This document shows positions 32,036-41,634 of a stretch of DNA of 64,000 nt, piece by piece. Source of the stretch: an uncultured delta proteobacterium (GTDB lineage: Bacteria > Myxococcota_A > Polyangia > Polyangiales > B10-G4). How positions within the stretch are numbered: the first letter of the stretch is position 1; every line of letters starts with the position of its first letter. Where the stretch lies: contig CAVSGI010000010.1 of NCBI GenBank assembly GCA_963727445.1, positions 1,280,001 to 1,344,000 on the forward strand, given 5' to 3'. The notes below the pieces were generated by a model. That model saw only the letters and a program-made list of their open reading frames with translations, was not told the DNA's origin and ran no database searches. A program made the translations under genes and the position numbers.

Positions 32036-32887
32036 TCAGCCCGCCGGCAACTTCTCGGCCGCCTCGGGCGTGAGCTCACCGGCGAGGACGCGTGCCAGCG
32101 CCGGATGGTCGACCGCGCGCATGTGCGCCGCTTCCTTGCCGTGACGGATCGCGACCAGCTCGGCCCCGATGCTCACCGCGATCTCCTCCGGCGTGACAGC
32201 GCCGATGTCCAGGCCCACCGGCGCGTAGACGCGCGCGAGCGCCGGCGTGCCCCGCCGCGCGTGGATGCGCTGGATCACGCGGAACACCTTCCGCTTGCTC
32301 CCGATCATCCCGATGTAGCGATGCGGGCGCGCGCAGCAGACGTCGAGCGCCTCCTCGTCGAGGCGATGATCGTGGGTGACGATCAGCACGAAGTCGCGAT
32401 CGGTCAGCCCCAGCTCCGGCGTCGCCTCGGCCGGTTCTGCCACCACCCGATTCGACGCCGGGAAGCGCTCCTCGGTGTTCAGCTCTTCACGGTCATCGAC
32501 CACCATCACGTCGAAGCCGAGGGTCTCGGCCAGCGCCGCCGTCGCCTTGCCCACGTGCCCCGCCCCGAAGATCACGAGGCGCGGCCTCACCTCCACGCGT
32601 TCCACGAACACCTCCATCCGCCCGCCGCAGCACATTCCGAGATCCCGACCGAGGTCGCGGATCAGGACCTCGGACTTCCCCGTGGTGAGGCACTCGCGGA
32701 GCGCGGTGATCACCGCCTGCTCGATGGCGCCGCCGCCAACCGTGCCCACCATGGTCCCGTCGGCCCTGAGCAGGAGCCGCGCGCCCGGCCGCTGCGGCGT
32801 CGAGCCCGTGGCGCGGATCACCGTCGCCATCGCTCCGAGCTCGCCCGACGACAGGAGCGCAGCGAGCGCTTCGGTCACTTCCTTCAT
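32036..32887 (-). CDS. xdhC: Xanthine dehydrogenase accessory protein XdhC/CoxI
   Basis: GSTP, GTVGGGAIE, LGMCCGG, IFGAGHVG, YIGMIGS, PVGLDIGAVTPEEIAVSI. Confidence 0.92.
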   Translation of the reverse strand: MKEVTEALAALLSSGELGAMATVIRATGSTPQRPGARLLLRADGTMVGTVGGGAIEQAVITALRECLTTGKSEVLIRDLGRDLGMCCGGRMEVFVERVEVRPRLVIFGAGHVGKATAALAETLGFDVMVVDDREELNTEERFPASNRVVAEPAEATPELGLTDRDFVLIVTHDHRLDEEALDVCCARPHRYIGMIGSKRKVFRVIQRIHARRGTPALARVYAPVGLDIGAVTPEEIAVSIGAELVAIRHGKEAAHMRAVDHPALARVLAGELTPEAAEKLPAG

Positions 32888-33021
32888 CGCAGCTCCACGT
32901 GGACGCGCACGGACATATTGTAGCGCACTCCGCGGTGCTATCGTCGGATCGTGCCATGCGCGCACCTCGCTTACCGGCGCGCGGCCGAACGTTGGCGCGC
33001 GTCCGGACAACACACGCTCTG

Positions 33022-33651
33022 ATGGGGCGCGCCTCGTTGCTCGTGATTCTGCTCGCCGTGGCGATGGGGTGTCGTCCCCACCTCCCCGTGTCCCACGCCG
33101 ACCCGAGCCCCGTCGTCGACTGGCGCGACCCCGTGGCAAACCATCCGGCGCGGCGCCGCGTCCGCGTCCTGCACCAGCGCTGCCACGAAGAGGTGCAGGC
33201 GATCCGACGCGAGGTCACCCGGCGGTGGAAGGAGGACATCGTCTACGTGGCGCTCGCCACCGCGATCGCCAACTTCATGGGGATGATGGGGAGGGTCGGT
33301 GGCCCGGGCAGCGACCCGATCTCCAGCTCCGCCGCCACCCAGGCGCTCACCGGCCCCGGCGGACAGCTCAGCTATCGCTGCACCGACACGCCGGGGGACG
33401 ACCCTTCTCACGGCGGCTGCAATCCTCCGACGCTCCCGACCATCGGATGGAACACCGACGGGCAGATCCGCACCAACCGCCCGGTCGACGAAGCGTGGCG
33501 CCCGGCGGAGCGCATCGAGGCGATCAACGCCTCTCTCGACGCCCTGGACGAGCTGCTCTTCTCGCGCCCCGATCCCCGCGAGTGGACGGCAGAGGAAGGC
33601 GAGGCGTTCGAAGACCTGACCGACGCGGTCGAGACCACCTGCGAGGACTGA
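33022..33651 (+). CDS. Hypothetical lipoprotein, paralog of 51722-52339
   Basis: Lipobox AMGC; LPVSHADP and 'INASLDALDELLFSRPDPREWT' are shared with the paralog. Confidence 0.7.
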   Translation: MGRASLLVILLAVAMGCRPHLPVSHADPSPVVDWRDPVANHPARRRVRVLHQRCHEEVQAIRREVTRRWKEDIVYVALATAIANFMGMMGRVGGPGSDPISSSAATQALTGPGGQLSYRCTDTPGDDPSHGGCNPPTLPTIGWNTDGQIRTNRPVDEAWRPAERIEAINASLDALDELLFSRPDPREWTAEEGEAFEDLTDAVETTCED

Positions 33652-33663
33652 AGTCTTCCGCCG

Positions 33664-36600
33664 CTACTCCGCGGCGAGCTTCGGCGCGTCGTCCTCTTCC
33701 TCGGCGATCGCATCACCGCCGCCCCGTTTCCGCTCCCTGCGCCGCTCCGCCCAGCCCGCGATGCCCACGTACATGATGGGGATGACGAAGAGCGTGAGGC
33801 TGGTCGACACGATCATCCCGCCGACCACCGCGCGCGCCATGGGCGCCCAGGTCTCGGCGCCGTCGCCGTAGCCGAGGGAGAGCGGGACCATGCCGAGGAT
33901 GGTAGTGAGCGCTGTGATGAGGATGGGGCGCACGCGGGTGCGGCCCGCGAGGAGGGCCGCGTCGTGCAGCTCCATCCCCTCGGCGCGGCGATTCTTGATG
34001 ACGTCGATCAGCACGATGCCGTTGTTCACGACGACGCCCGCGAGGAGGATGACGCCGACCAGCGCGGTGACCTGAAGCGTGGTGAAGGTCAGGACCAGCG
34101 CGAGCACCACGCCCACCGCGGCGAGGGGCACGGTGAACATGATCACGAAGGGCTCCAGCAGAGACTCGAACTGCGAGGCGAGCACCATGTAGACCAGCGC
34201 GATGGCGGCCAACAGCGCCATCGCGAGCTTGAAGAAGGCGTCGCGCAGGTCCTCGGCCGTGCCGCCGATCTCGACGTAGACGTCGTCGGGCACACCGATC
34301 TCGTCGATGCGCTTTTCGATGCGCCGGGTGAGACCGCCGAGGTCCATCCCGGAGGCAGTGATGTCCACCGACGCGAGGCGGCGCTGGTTTTCGTGCTCGA
34401 TATCCGTCGGCCCGAGCTTGTCGTCGATGCTGGCCACCGCGGCCAGAGGCACGGTGTCGCCGGTGGGGAGCTGGATCGGCAGGTAGCGCAGCGTGTCGAG
34501 ATCGCGCCGCTCGGAGCGCGGCGCCCGAACACGGACCATGTACTCCTCGCCCTCTTCGCGGAAGAAGGTCGCGACCTCTCCCTGATAGAAGGTGGCGACC
34601 GTGGCGGCGACGGATCCCGGCGCGAGGCCGAGCACCCGCATGCGGTCGCGGTCGTACTCGAGCTGCAGCTCGGGGCTGCCCTGAATCATCGAAAAGCGCG
34701 TCTCGCGCACTCCGTCGACGTCGCCCAGCTCGATCGCGGAGCTGCTCGCCGTAGCTCCGGAGAAGATCGAGGTCTTCGCTGAAGAGCTTGACCTGGATGT
34801 CCCCGGTGGCGCCGCCGAGCTGAAAGACGCTGATGCGGACGTCGAGGCCGGCGATCTGCTCGAAACGCTCGGTCAACGCTTCCTCGATCTCCTGCTGCGA
34901 GCGGTCGCGCTCGGTCGGAACGGGGAGCTTGATGCGCAGCGTGCCGCGGTTGGCGCTTCCGCCGAAGACGGCCGCGAAGCCCTCCGCCGCGCCGTAGTCC
35001 GCGGTGACCGCGTTCGCCTCCGGCACCGTCTCGGCGATGGCGGCCTCCACCTCGTCCACCAGCTGATGCATCTGCTCGAGGCTGGTGCCCGGCGCGGCGG
35101 TGACCTCGATCCGGATCTCGGAGACGTCCGCCTTCGGCAGGAAGTCCTGACCGAGGATGGGCACGATCGCCATCGTCGCGACGAAGAGACCGAAGGCGAA
35201 AGCGAGGATGCGCTTCTTGCGATGGAGCGCCCAGTCGAGGGCCCGACCGTAGACCTCGGGGATCCGATCGAGGAAGCCCGTCGCACGCCGGATCCGCGCG
35301 GCGACCCCGCCCTCGTGGTCCCGGCCGATCATCTTCGACGCCATCAGCGGCACCAGCGTGATCGCGACCAGGAGCGAGCAGAGGAGCGTGGTGCTGATGG
35401 TCAGCACCAGATCGCGGAAGAGCTCGCCGGCGATGCCGTCCACCAGGAGGATCGGCAGGAAGACCACCACCGTGGTGAGCGTCGAAGCGACGAGCGGCAT
35501 CGACATCTCGCGCGTGCCGGCGATGGCCGCCTCGGTGGGGGTCTTGCCCTTCTCGACGTGCTGGAACGCCGCCTCGAGGACGACGATGCCGTTGTCGACC
35601 AGCATCCCGATGGCGAGCGCGAGCCCCGCCATCGAGATCAGGTTCAGGGTCACCCCCATGATCTGCATCGCGGTGAAGGAGACCAGGATGCTCATGGGCA
35701 CCGCGATCACCGCGATCAGGCTGGTGCGGAAGCTGCGGAGGAAGACCAGCAGCACCAGCCCGGTCAACAGGAACGCCTGCAGCGCGACCTTGCCCAGGTT
35801 GGCGATGGAGCGAACGATGGCGCTCGACTCGTCGAAGAGCGGGACGATGTGCACGTTCTCCGGCAGCCGCTCCTCGATCGCGCCGAGGGCGTCGCGCACG
35901 TTGGAGGCGACCTGCACCGTGTTGGCGTCGCTCTGCTTGCGCACGGCCATCAGGACCGCGAGGTGACCATCGGCGGTGACGACGTGGGTCTGCTCCTCGA
36001 AGGTGTCGATGACGTCGGCGACGTCGCGCACCAGGATGCTGCGCGTGCCGCGCCGGGTGATGACGGTGTTCTCGATCTGCTCGATGGACTGGAAGAGCCC
36101 GGTGGGCTGCAGGTTCAGCTGTTGGGTCCCGTCGTCCACCGAGCCCGAAGGCACGACGATGTTCGCGGCGCGCAGGGCGTCGACGATCTGCGGCGCGGTG
36201 ATGTCGAGGGACTGCATGGTCCGCGGCTTCATGCGGACCTGCACCTCGCGCTCGAGGCCGCCGATCACCTCCGCCGCCGCTACGCCTTCGACCCGGCCGA
36301 GGTAGGGCTGGATCTCGTTGCGCGCGATGGTGCGCAGGCGATGTCCGTCGTAGGGGCCGTCGACCGCCATGAACATCACGGGCGCCAGGCTCGGGTCGAA
36401 GGCGAAGGTCAGGGGCTTCGTCGCCTCGTCCGGTAAGAACTCGCCCGCGAAGAGATCGATGTTCTTGCGAACCTCGACCTCGGCGGCGTCCATGTCCGTT
36501 CCCCAGGTGAACATGATGATCACCATCGAGGTGCCCTGACGCGAGGTGGATCTGACCTTTTCTACGTTCTCGACCGACGCCACCGCGCGCTCGATGGGCT

Positions 36601-36817
36601 CGGTGACAAGCGTCTCCATGTCGCGGGGGCTCGCGCCGGTGTAGGTGGTGACCACCGCGATCACCGGCAGATCCACCTCTGGGAGGCGGTTGAGCGGGAG
36701 CTCGTACAGAGAGAAGAAGCCGAAGCCCGCGAGGCAGAGATAGACCATCACCGTGGTCACACCGCGGCGGACGCTCAGCTCGCCCAGCCCCCCACCTCCC
36801 GACTTCGCCGCGCTCAA
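33664..36817 (-). CDS. RND efflux transporter permease (AcrB/AcrD/AcrF family); frameshift near 34732
   Basis: GMLVDNGIVVLE, ASTLTTVVVFLP, VLASQFES, GVVVNNGIVL, RVRPILIT; TTGA overlap with the MFP gene. Confidence 0.93.
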
Positions 36818-37965
36818 GGCCCCTCCGCGCCCTCCGCGGGCGCCACGGCCTCGGCGCGCGCGGGCCCGGGCTCGGCCGCGGCTTCACGCACCCGCACGGT
36901 CGCGCCGTCTCGCAGCATGTGCTGGCCCATCACCACCACCTGCTCGCCCGCCTCGATGCCCTCGGTGATCTCCATCCGATCGTCGTAGCGCCGTCCCAGG
37001 GTGACGGTCCGGCGATGCGCGGTGTCTCCGTCGACGACGAAGACGTAGCCCTCGCGCGCGGTGTCGGTGCGCGTCGTCATCAACACCGCCCGCGCGGGCA
37101 CCATGGTCACATCCGGCCGGCGCGCGAGCTCGATGGAGACCTCGGCGACCATGCCCGGGCGCAGCACGTGGTCCTCGTTGTCGAGGATCACCTCGACCTT
37201 CGCGGTGCGGGTGAGCGGATCGATGACCGGCGAGATCCGCCGGATGGTCCCGGTGCGCGTGACGTCCGGCAGGGACGGCGGCGACACCGTCACCTCCATC
37301 CCCTCTTCGAGCTGCACGTAATCCGACTCGACGACGCTGAGCTCGATGTCGACGCGGTCCATCTGCACCACCGCGCAGATCGGCATCTGCGGCGCGGCGA
37401 GATCGCCCTCTTCGACGTCCAGCAACGCCACGATCCCGTCGGTGGGCGCGCGCACCACCGTTCGATCGCGACGCTGGCCCGCGGCCTGACGCGCGGAGCG
37501 GAGCTGCTCGACCTGCGCCTCTGCCGAACGGAGCTGCGTCTGAAGCGCCTCGAGACGACTGGTGGGCAGGACGTTCCTCTCCACCAGGCCACGGATGCGT
37601 TCGAGGTCGGAGGCGATCTGATCGCGCGAGGCCTCCGCGGCGACGAGCGCGGCGCTCGCCTGCCCGACCTCGCTGGTCGACAGGTCCGCCTCGAGGGTGA
37701 CGATGCGGTCGCCTTCGGTGACGGCCTGCCCGTTCTCGACGTGCACCTGGCGCACCCGTTCCGGCAGCTGCGCGAAGACCCGAACCTCCACCTCGCCGTG
37801 AACGTCACCGAGGAGCGTCAGGCGATCGACGGCGTCTGCCTGGAACGCAGGCATCACCTCGACCAGCCGCGCCGTCTCCTCCTCGCCGTCGTCTTTCGAG
37901 CCACAGCCGACCGCGAGGAGCGCGGCGGCGAGTGAGAGGGGGAGGCTCGAACGCAACTGAGACAT
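36814..37965 (-). CDS. RND efflux periplasmic adaptor (membrane fusion protein), lipoprotein
   Basis: Lipobox AVGC; 'VRAPTDGIV', 'ISPVIDPLTRT', 'LRPGM', 'VVVMGQ'. Confidence 0.92.
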   Translation of the reverse strand: MSQLRSSLPLSLAAALLAVGCGSKDDGEEETARLVEVMPAFQADAVDRLTLLGDVHGEVEVRVFAQLPERVRQVHVENGQAVTEGDRIVTLEADLSTSEVGQASAALVAAEASRDQIASDLERIRGLVERNVLPTSRLEALQTQLRSAEAQVEQLRSARQAAGQRRDRTVVRAPTDGIVALLDVEEGDLAAPQMPICAVVQMDRVDIELSVVESDYVQLEEGMEVTVSPPSLPDVTRTGTIRRISPVIDPLTRTAKVEVILDNEDHVLRPGMVAEVSIELARRPDVTMVPARAVLMTTRTDTAREGYVFVVDGDTAHRRTVTLGRRYDDRMEITEGIEAGEQVVVMGQHMLRDGATVRVREAAAEPGPARAEAVAPAEGAEGP

Positions 37966-38089
37966 GATTCCAAGAGGCCGGAAGCCCAATGTAGGCTCGG
38001 GGACCGCCGATGGCCACTCGCCAACGCCTCGGCGTACTCCGACATGCCACCGCTCTGGCGCTGGCCGGGGCCGGGTGGTAGTCCGGAGC

Positions 38090-40192
38090 ATGCTCCCCTG
38101 GCCCATCGCCGCCCCACCGTGGGTACCCAAGCGAAAGCGGGCCGTATTCGACCTCGAGGCATCACCCGAGCCCGAAGCCATGCGTCGAGCGTTCGCGCCC
38201 GGCTTCGCCGTGGGGTGGGGGGAGGACGAGTACCTCGAGGTGCCTGAAGCCGAGCGGGAAGCGCACGTCCTGGCGCAGTTCGAGGAGGGCCGCATCCCCA
38301 AGATCCACGCGGCCAATCACCTCGGTAACGAGTCGCTGCGCGCCCTCGTGCTGAGCAGCCGGCCGGAAGTCGTGGCGCACTACGGCTTGCTCGACATGCT
38401 CTTGAGCCGCGAGGGTTGGGATGCGTGGGACACACTCACGCGTTTCTACGAGCGCGCTCCCTACGCGGCGATCCGGGTCTTCATGCGCCTCGACTCGGTG
38501 GTGGTGGGGCGCTTCCTCGCCGAGCGCTGCTTTCACTCCGATCGGGCGACGGCGAACGAGTGCCGCGGGCGCTTCGAATCCTTCGCGAACGTGCAGCCGC
38601 TCGCGGCCGCCGCCGGGTTGATCCCGCTCGTCGTGGGCAGCGACGGCAAGCTGCACGACAAAGCGCTGAAGCTGCTCGCCCGCGTCCGCGAGCGGCTCGG
38701 CCTCGCCCGCGCGGTCGACGAAGCGGCGCGGCGCTACGGGGCCGAGGTCGCCGAAGAGATCGGCGTCCTCCTCGGCCCGCAGCCGCTGCCGCCGCGGGCG
38801 CCGAAGATGCCGTCGTGGTGGTCGCCCGAGGCGCTGCCGGCGCTGAGCCTCTCGGACGGGACGCGTCTCGAAGGCGAGCCGCTCGAGCTCTTCGGGAACC
38901 TCATGGCGCTGCTGCCTTCCGACGGCGCGCGCGCGGCCCTGGCCGAGGTCGCCCCCGCGATCGATCGGACGACCTTCGACACCTTCGCCGAAGCGCTGGT
39001 GGATGCGTGGGTGAAGGACGGCGGCAAGACGAAGGACAAGTGGGCGATCTACGCCATGGGCCTGCTCGGAGACGAGCAGAGCGCGCGCCGCCTGGTCGAG
39101 CTCGCGGAGCGCTTCAGCGAGGAGGGCCTCCATCGCCGGAGCGCGCTGGCCCTCGAAGCCGTCGCCAGCATGGGCACCGACGTCGCGCTCCTGCGCCTGT
39201 CGGAGCTCACCCACAAGAAGGGCGCGCTGAAGAAGCGCGCGGCCAAGATCCTCAGCGCCCACGCCGAGGAGATGGGCTGGACCGACGACGAGCTCGCGGA
39301 TCGATTGGTGCCGCGCCTCGGCCTCGACGATGACGGCTCGCGCGTCCTCTCCTACGGCGCGCGAAGCTTTCGCATCGGCTTCGACGCCGACCTCAAGCCT
39401 TTCGTCATCGATGTGGAAGGAAACCGCCGGGACCGCTTGCCGCGCCCGAGCAAGACCGACGACCCCGACCTCGCCGCCCGCGCCGCGCAGCTCTTCGCCG
39501 ACCTCCGCAAGGACACCAGGACCCTGGGCAAGCGCCAGGCGGATCGCCTCGAACGTGCGATGGTGAACAGCCGCCGTTGGCCGACCCCGCGCTGGCGCAC
39601 GCTCTTCATCGACCATCCGCTGGGCGTCCACTTCGCGCGGCGCATGGTCTTCGTATCCGTCGGTGCGACCGGCCAGATCCTCGGCTCCTTCCGCGTCGCC
39701 GAAGATCGCACCCTCGCCGATCCCTCGGATGACACCACCTCACTGCCCGAAGAGGCGACACAGGTCGGCATCGCCCATCCCCTCGAGCTCGGCCCCACGC
39801 TCGCGGCGCGCTGGGGCGACGTCTTGTCCGACTACGAGATCCTGCAGCCCTTCGCCCAGCTCAGCCGGCCGATCTTCGAGGCCACCGAGGAAGAGCTCGC
39901 GAGCACGACCATCCGCCGCTTCGTCGGGCACACCGCCGAGGGCAAGCGCTTCTTCACCCTCAAGGCGCGCGGCTGGGACTTCCCGGACTACGACATCGGC
40001 AAGCGCCTCCCCGGCGGCTACATCGCTCTGCTCCGCACCGAGCCCGGCCTCGACTTCCTCGGCTACCGGCCCGACGAGCAGACGCTCGGCGAGCTCTATC
40101 TGACGAACGAAGCCGGCGGCAAAGCGCGCTTCGCCGATCTCTCGCCCGTGTGCATGAGCGAGATCTTCTACGACGTCAGCCTCTTGTTCTAG
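38090..40192 (+). CDS. DUF4132 domain-containing protein
   Basis: 'DELADRLVPRLGLDDDG...YGAR', 'RLERAM...RRW', 'HPL', 'IAHPLEL...WGDVLSDYEILQPFAQLSR'. Confidence 0.85.
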   Translation: MLPWPIAAPPWVPKRKRAVFDLEASPEPEAMRRAFAPGFAVGWGEDEYLEVPEAEREAHVLAQFEEGRIPKIHAANHLGNESLRALVLSSRPEVVAHYGLLDMLLSREGWDAWDTLTRFYERAPYAAIRVFMRLDSVVVGRFLAERCFHSDRATANECRGRFESFANVQPLAAAAGLIPLVVGSDGKLHDKALKLLARVRERLGLARAVDEAARRYGAEVAEEIGVLLGPQPLPPRAPKMPSWWSPEALPALSLSDGTRLEGEPLELFGNLMALLPSDGARAALAEVAPAIDRTTFDTFAEALVDAWVKDGGKTKDKWAIYAMGLLGDEQSARRLVELAERFSEEGLHRRSALALEAVASMGTDVALLRLSELTHKKGALKKRAAKILSAHAEEMGWTDDELADRLVPRLGLDDDGSRVLSYGARSFRIGFDADLKPFVIDVEGNRRDRLPRPSKTDDPDLAARAAQLFADLRKDTRTLGKRQADRLERAMVNSRRWPTPRWRTLFIDHPLGVHFARRMVFVSVGATGQILGSFRVAEDRTLADPSDDTTSLPEEATQVGIAHPLELGPTLAARWGDVLSDYEILQPFAQLSRPIFEATEEELASTTIRRFVGHTAEGKRFFTLKARGWDFPDYDIGKRLPGGYIALLRTEPGLDFLGYRPDEQTLGELYLTNEAGGKARFADLSPVCMSEIFYDVSLLF

Positions 40193-40193
40193 T

Positions 40194-41429
40194 CTAACGC
40201 GTCTCGAGCGCGCTCAGCGCGCCGCCCTCGGCGGTGACGTAGATACGGGAGCCGACGAGGGTGGGAGAGCCGCTGAGCTGTCCCTCGAGGTGGTAGCTCC
40301 AGCGCTCGCGTCCGGTCTTGGGGTCGAGGGCGTGCAGATAGCCGTCGGTCGAGCCGAAGACGAGCGCGCGCCCGTCTCCGCTCACCGCCGGAGAGCTGGT
40401 GATCGGCGCGCCCATGTAGCGCGACCAGAGCGCCTTTCCATCGCGGGCATCGATGGCGTGGATCGTGCCGCGGGGCGAGCCGACGAAGAGGGTCTCGGTC
40501 GCCGGCAGATAGGCGGTCGAGCCCATCAGGCTCCCGCCCACGCGATGGTGCCAGGCGAGCGCGCCCGTCTCTTCGCTCAGCGCGTAGATCTCGCCCGTCC
40601 ACGAACCGAAGACCACCAGGCCCAGGTCTTCGAGGACCGAGGGCGTGGTCTTGATCTGCGATCGCCCCCGGACCGGCTCGACGACGTGGGTGAAGAGCGC
40701 CTCGCCCGTCCGGGCATCGAAAGCGTAGAGCCGCCCGCTGTTGTCCCCGACGAAGACGCGGCCACGCTTCGGATCGGCGGCGACGCTCGAGTGCGGATGG
40801 CCTTCGGTCGGCTGCTCCCAGCGCGTCTCGCCGGTCCGCGCGTCGAGCGCGAGGACGTGCCCCGTGCCGTTCTTCTCTTCGTGCGCGCTCAGGACGAGGC
40901 CGAGGGAGGGTAAGACCGCCGGAGACGATCCGACCTGGTAGCCACGCGCGTGGCGCCAGAGCATCCGACCGTCGAAGCAATCGAAGGCGTAGAGGCTCCC
41001 GTCGTAGGCGCCGATGTAGACCACGTCGCCCACGATCGCCGGCGAGCCGTGGATGCCGTGGGAGGTCCTGTCGATGCGCGCTTCCCAGACGAGGGAGCCG
41101 TCGTGCGCATGAAGCGCGACGAAGCGGCCGTTGTCGGTCCCGCAGTAGAGCAGATCGCCGACCACCGAGGGCGAGCCCTTCACCGCGCCGTAGTCGGTGA
41201 CGTTGAAGGCGGGCAGCTCCCACGCGAGCGCGACCCGATCGCCGACGACCGAGCCCTCCGCGAAGCCGGTGCGCTCGACGTCGTCTCGGAAGGTGGGCCA
41301 GTCCGCCTCGGAGGGCGGCGGCAGCGACGCGCGTGCCGCGACGGGCGTGGTCCCGGTGATCAGGACGGGCGCTGGGCCCGCACAAGCGACGAGGAACAAC
41401 GAGCAGGCGATACAGCTCCACCTGTACAT
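40194..41429 (-). CDS. PQQ-like beta-propeller repeat lipoprotein (BamB-like)
   Basis: Lipobox LVAC; 'WPTFR...RTG'; repeated 'SP.V....V..G..DG.LYA.D...G...W'. Confidence 0.88.
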   Translation of the reverse strand: MYRWSCIACSLFLVACAGPAPVLITGTTPVAARASLPPPSEADWPTFRDDVERTGFAEGSVVGDRVALAWELPAFNVTDYGAVKGSPSVVGDLLYCGTDNGRFVALHAHDGSLVWEARIDRTSHGIHGSPAIVGDVVYIGAYDGSLYAFDCFDGRMLWRHARGYQVGSSPAVLPSLGLVLSAHEEKNGTGHVLALDARTGETRWEQPTEGHPHSSVAADPKRGRVFVGDNSGRLYAFDARTGEALFTHVVEPVRGRSQIKTTPSVLEDLGLVVFGSWTGEIYALSEETGALAWHHRVGGSLMGSTAYLPATETLFVGSPRGTIHAIDARDGKALWSRYMGAPITSSPAVSGDGRALVFGSTDGYLHALDPKTGRERWSYHLEGQLSGSPTLVGSRIYVTAEGGALSALETR

Positions 41430-41605
41430 GAAGCCAACATAGCGACGACCACAGATGTGGGTAGTGGACCTACATCGAAGCCACACCCTCCCTGGAGCTC
41501 CCGACCGTCCAGGAGCTGGACTTAATCGACTGAAATTCGCCGGTCTCGCGGGCAGAACAGGGCAGCGATCGCCCGCGATCTGCCGCTTGTAGTCCGCATT
41601 CGGCT

Positions 41606-41621
41606 GGGCACGGTGGTTGCT
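41606..41621 (+). promoter_or_regulatory. Putative sigma-54 promoter for the amidase gene
   Basis: GGGCACGGTGGTTGCT, close to consensus TGGCACG-N4-TTGCW. Confidence 0.55.
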
Positions 41622-41634
41622 CACAGGAGCCCGC

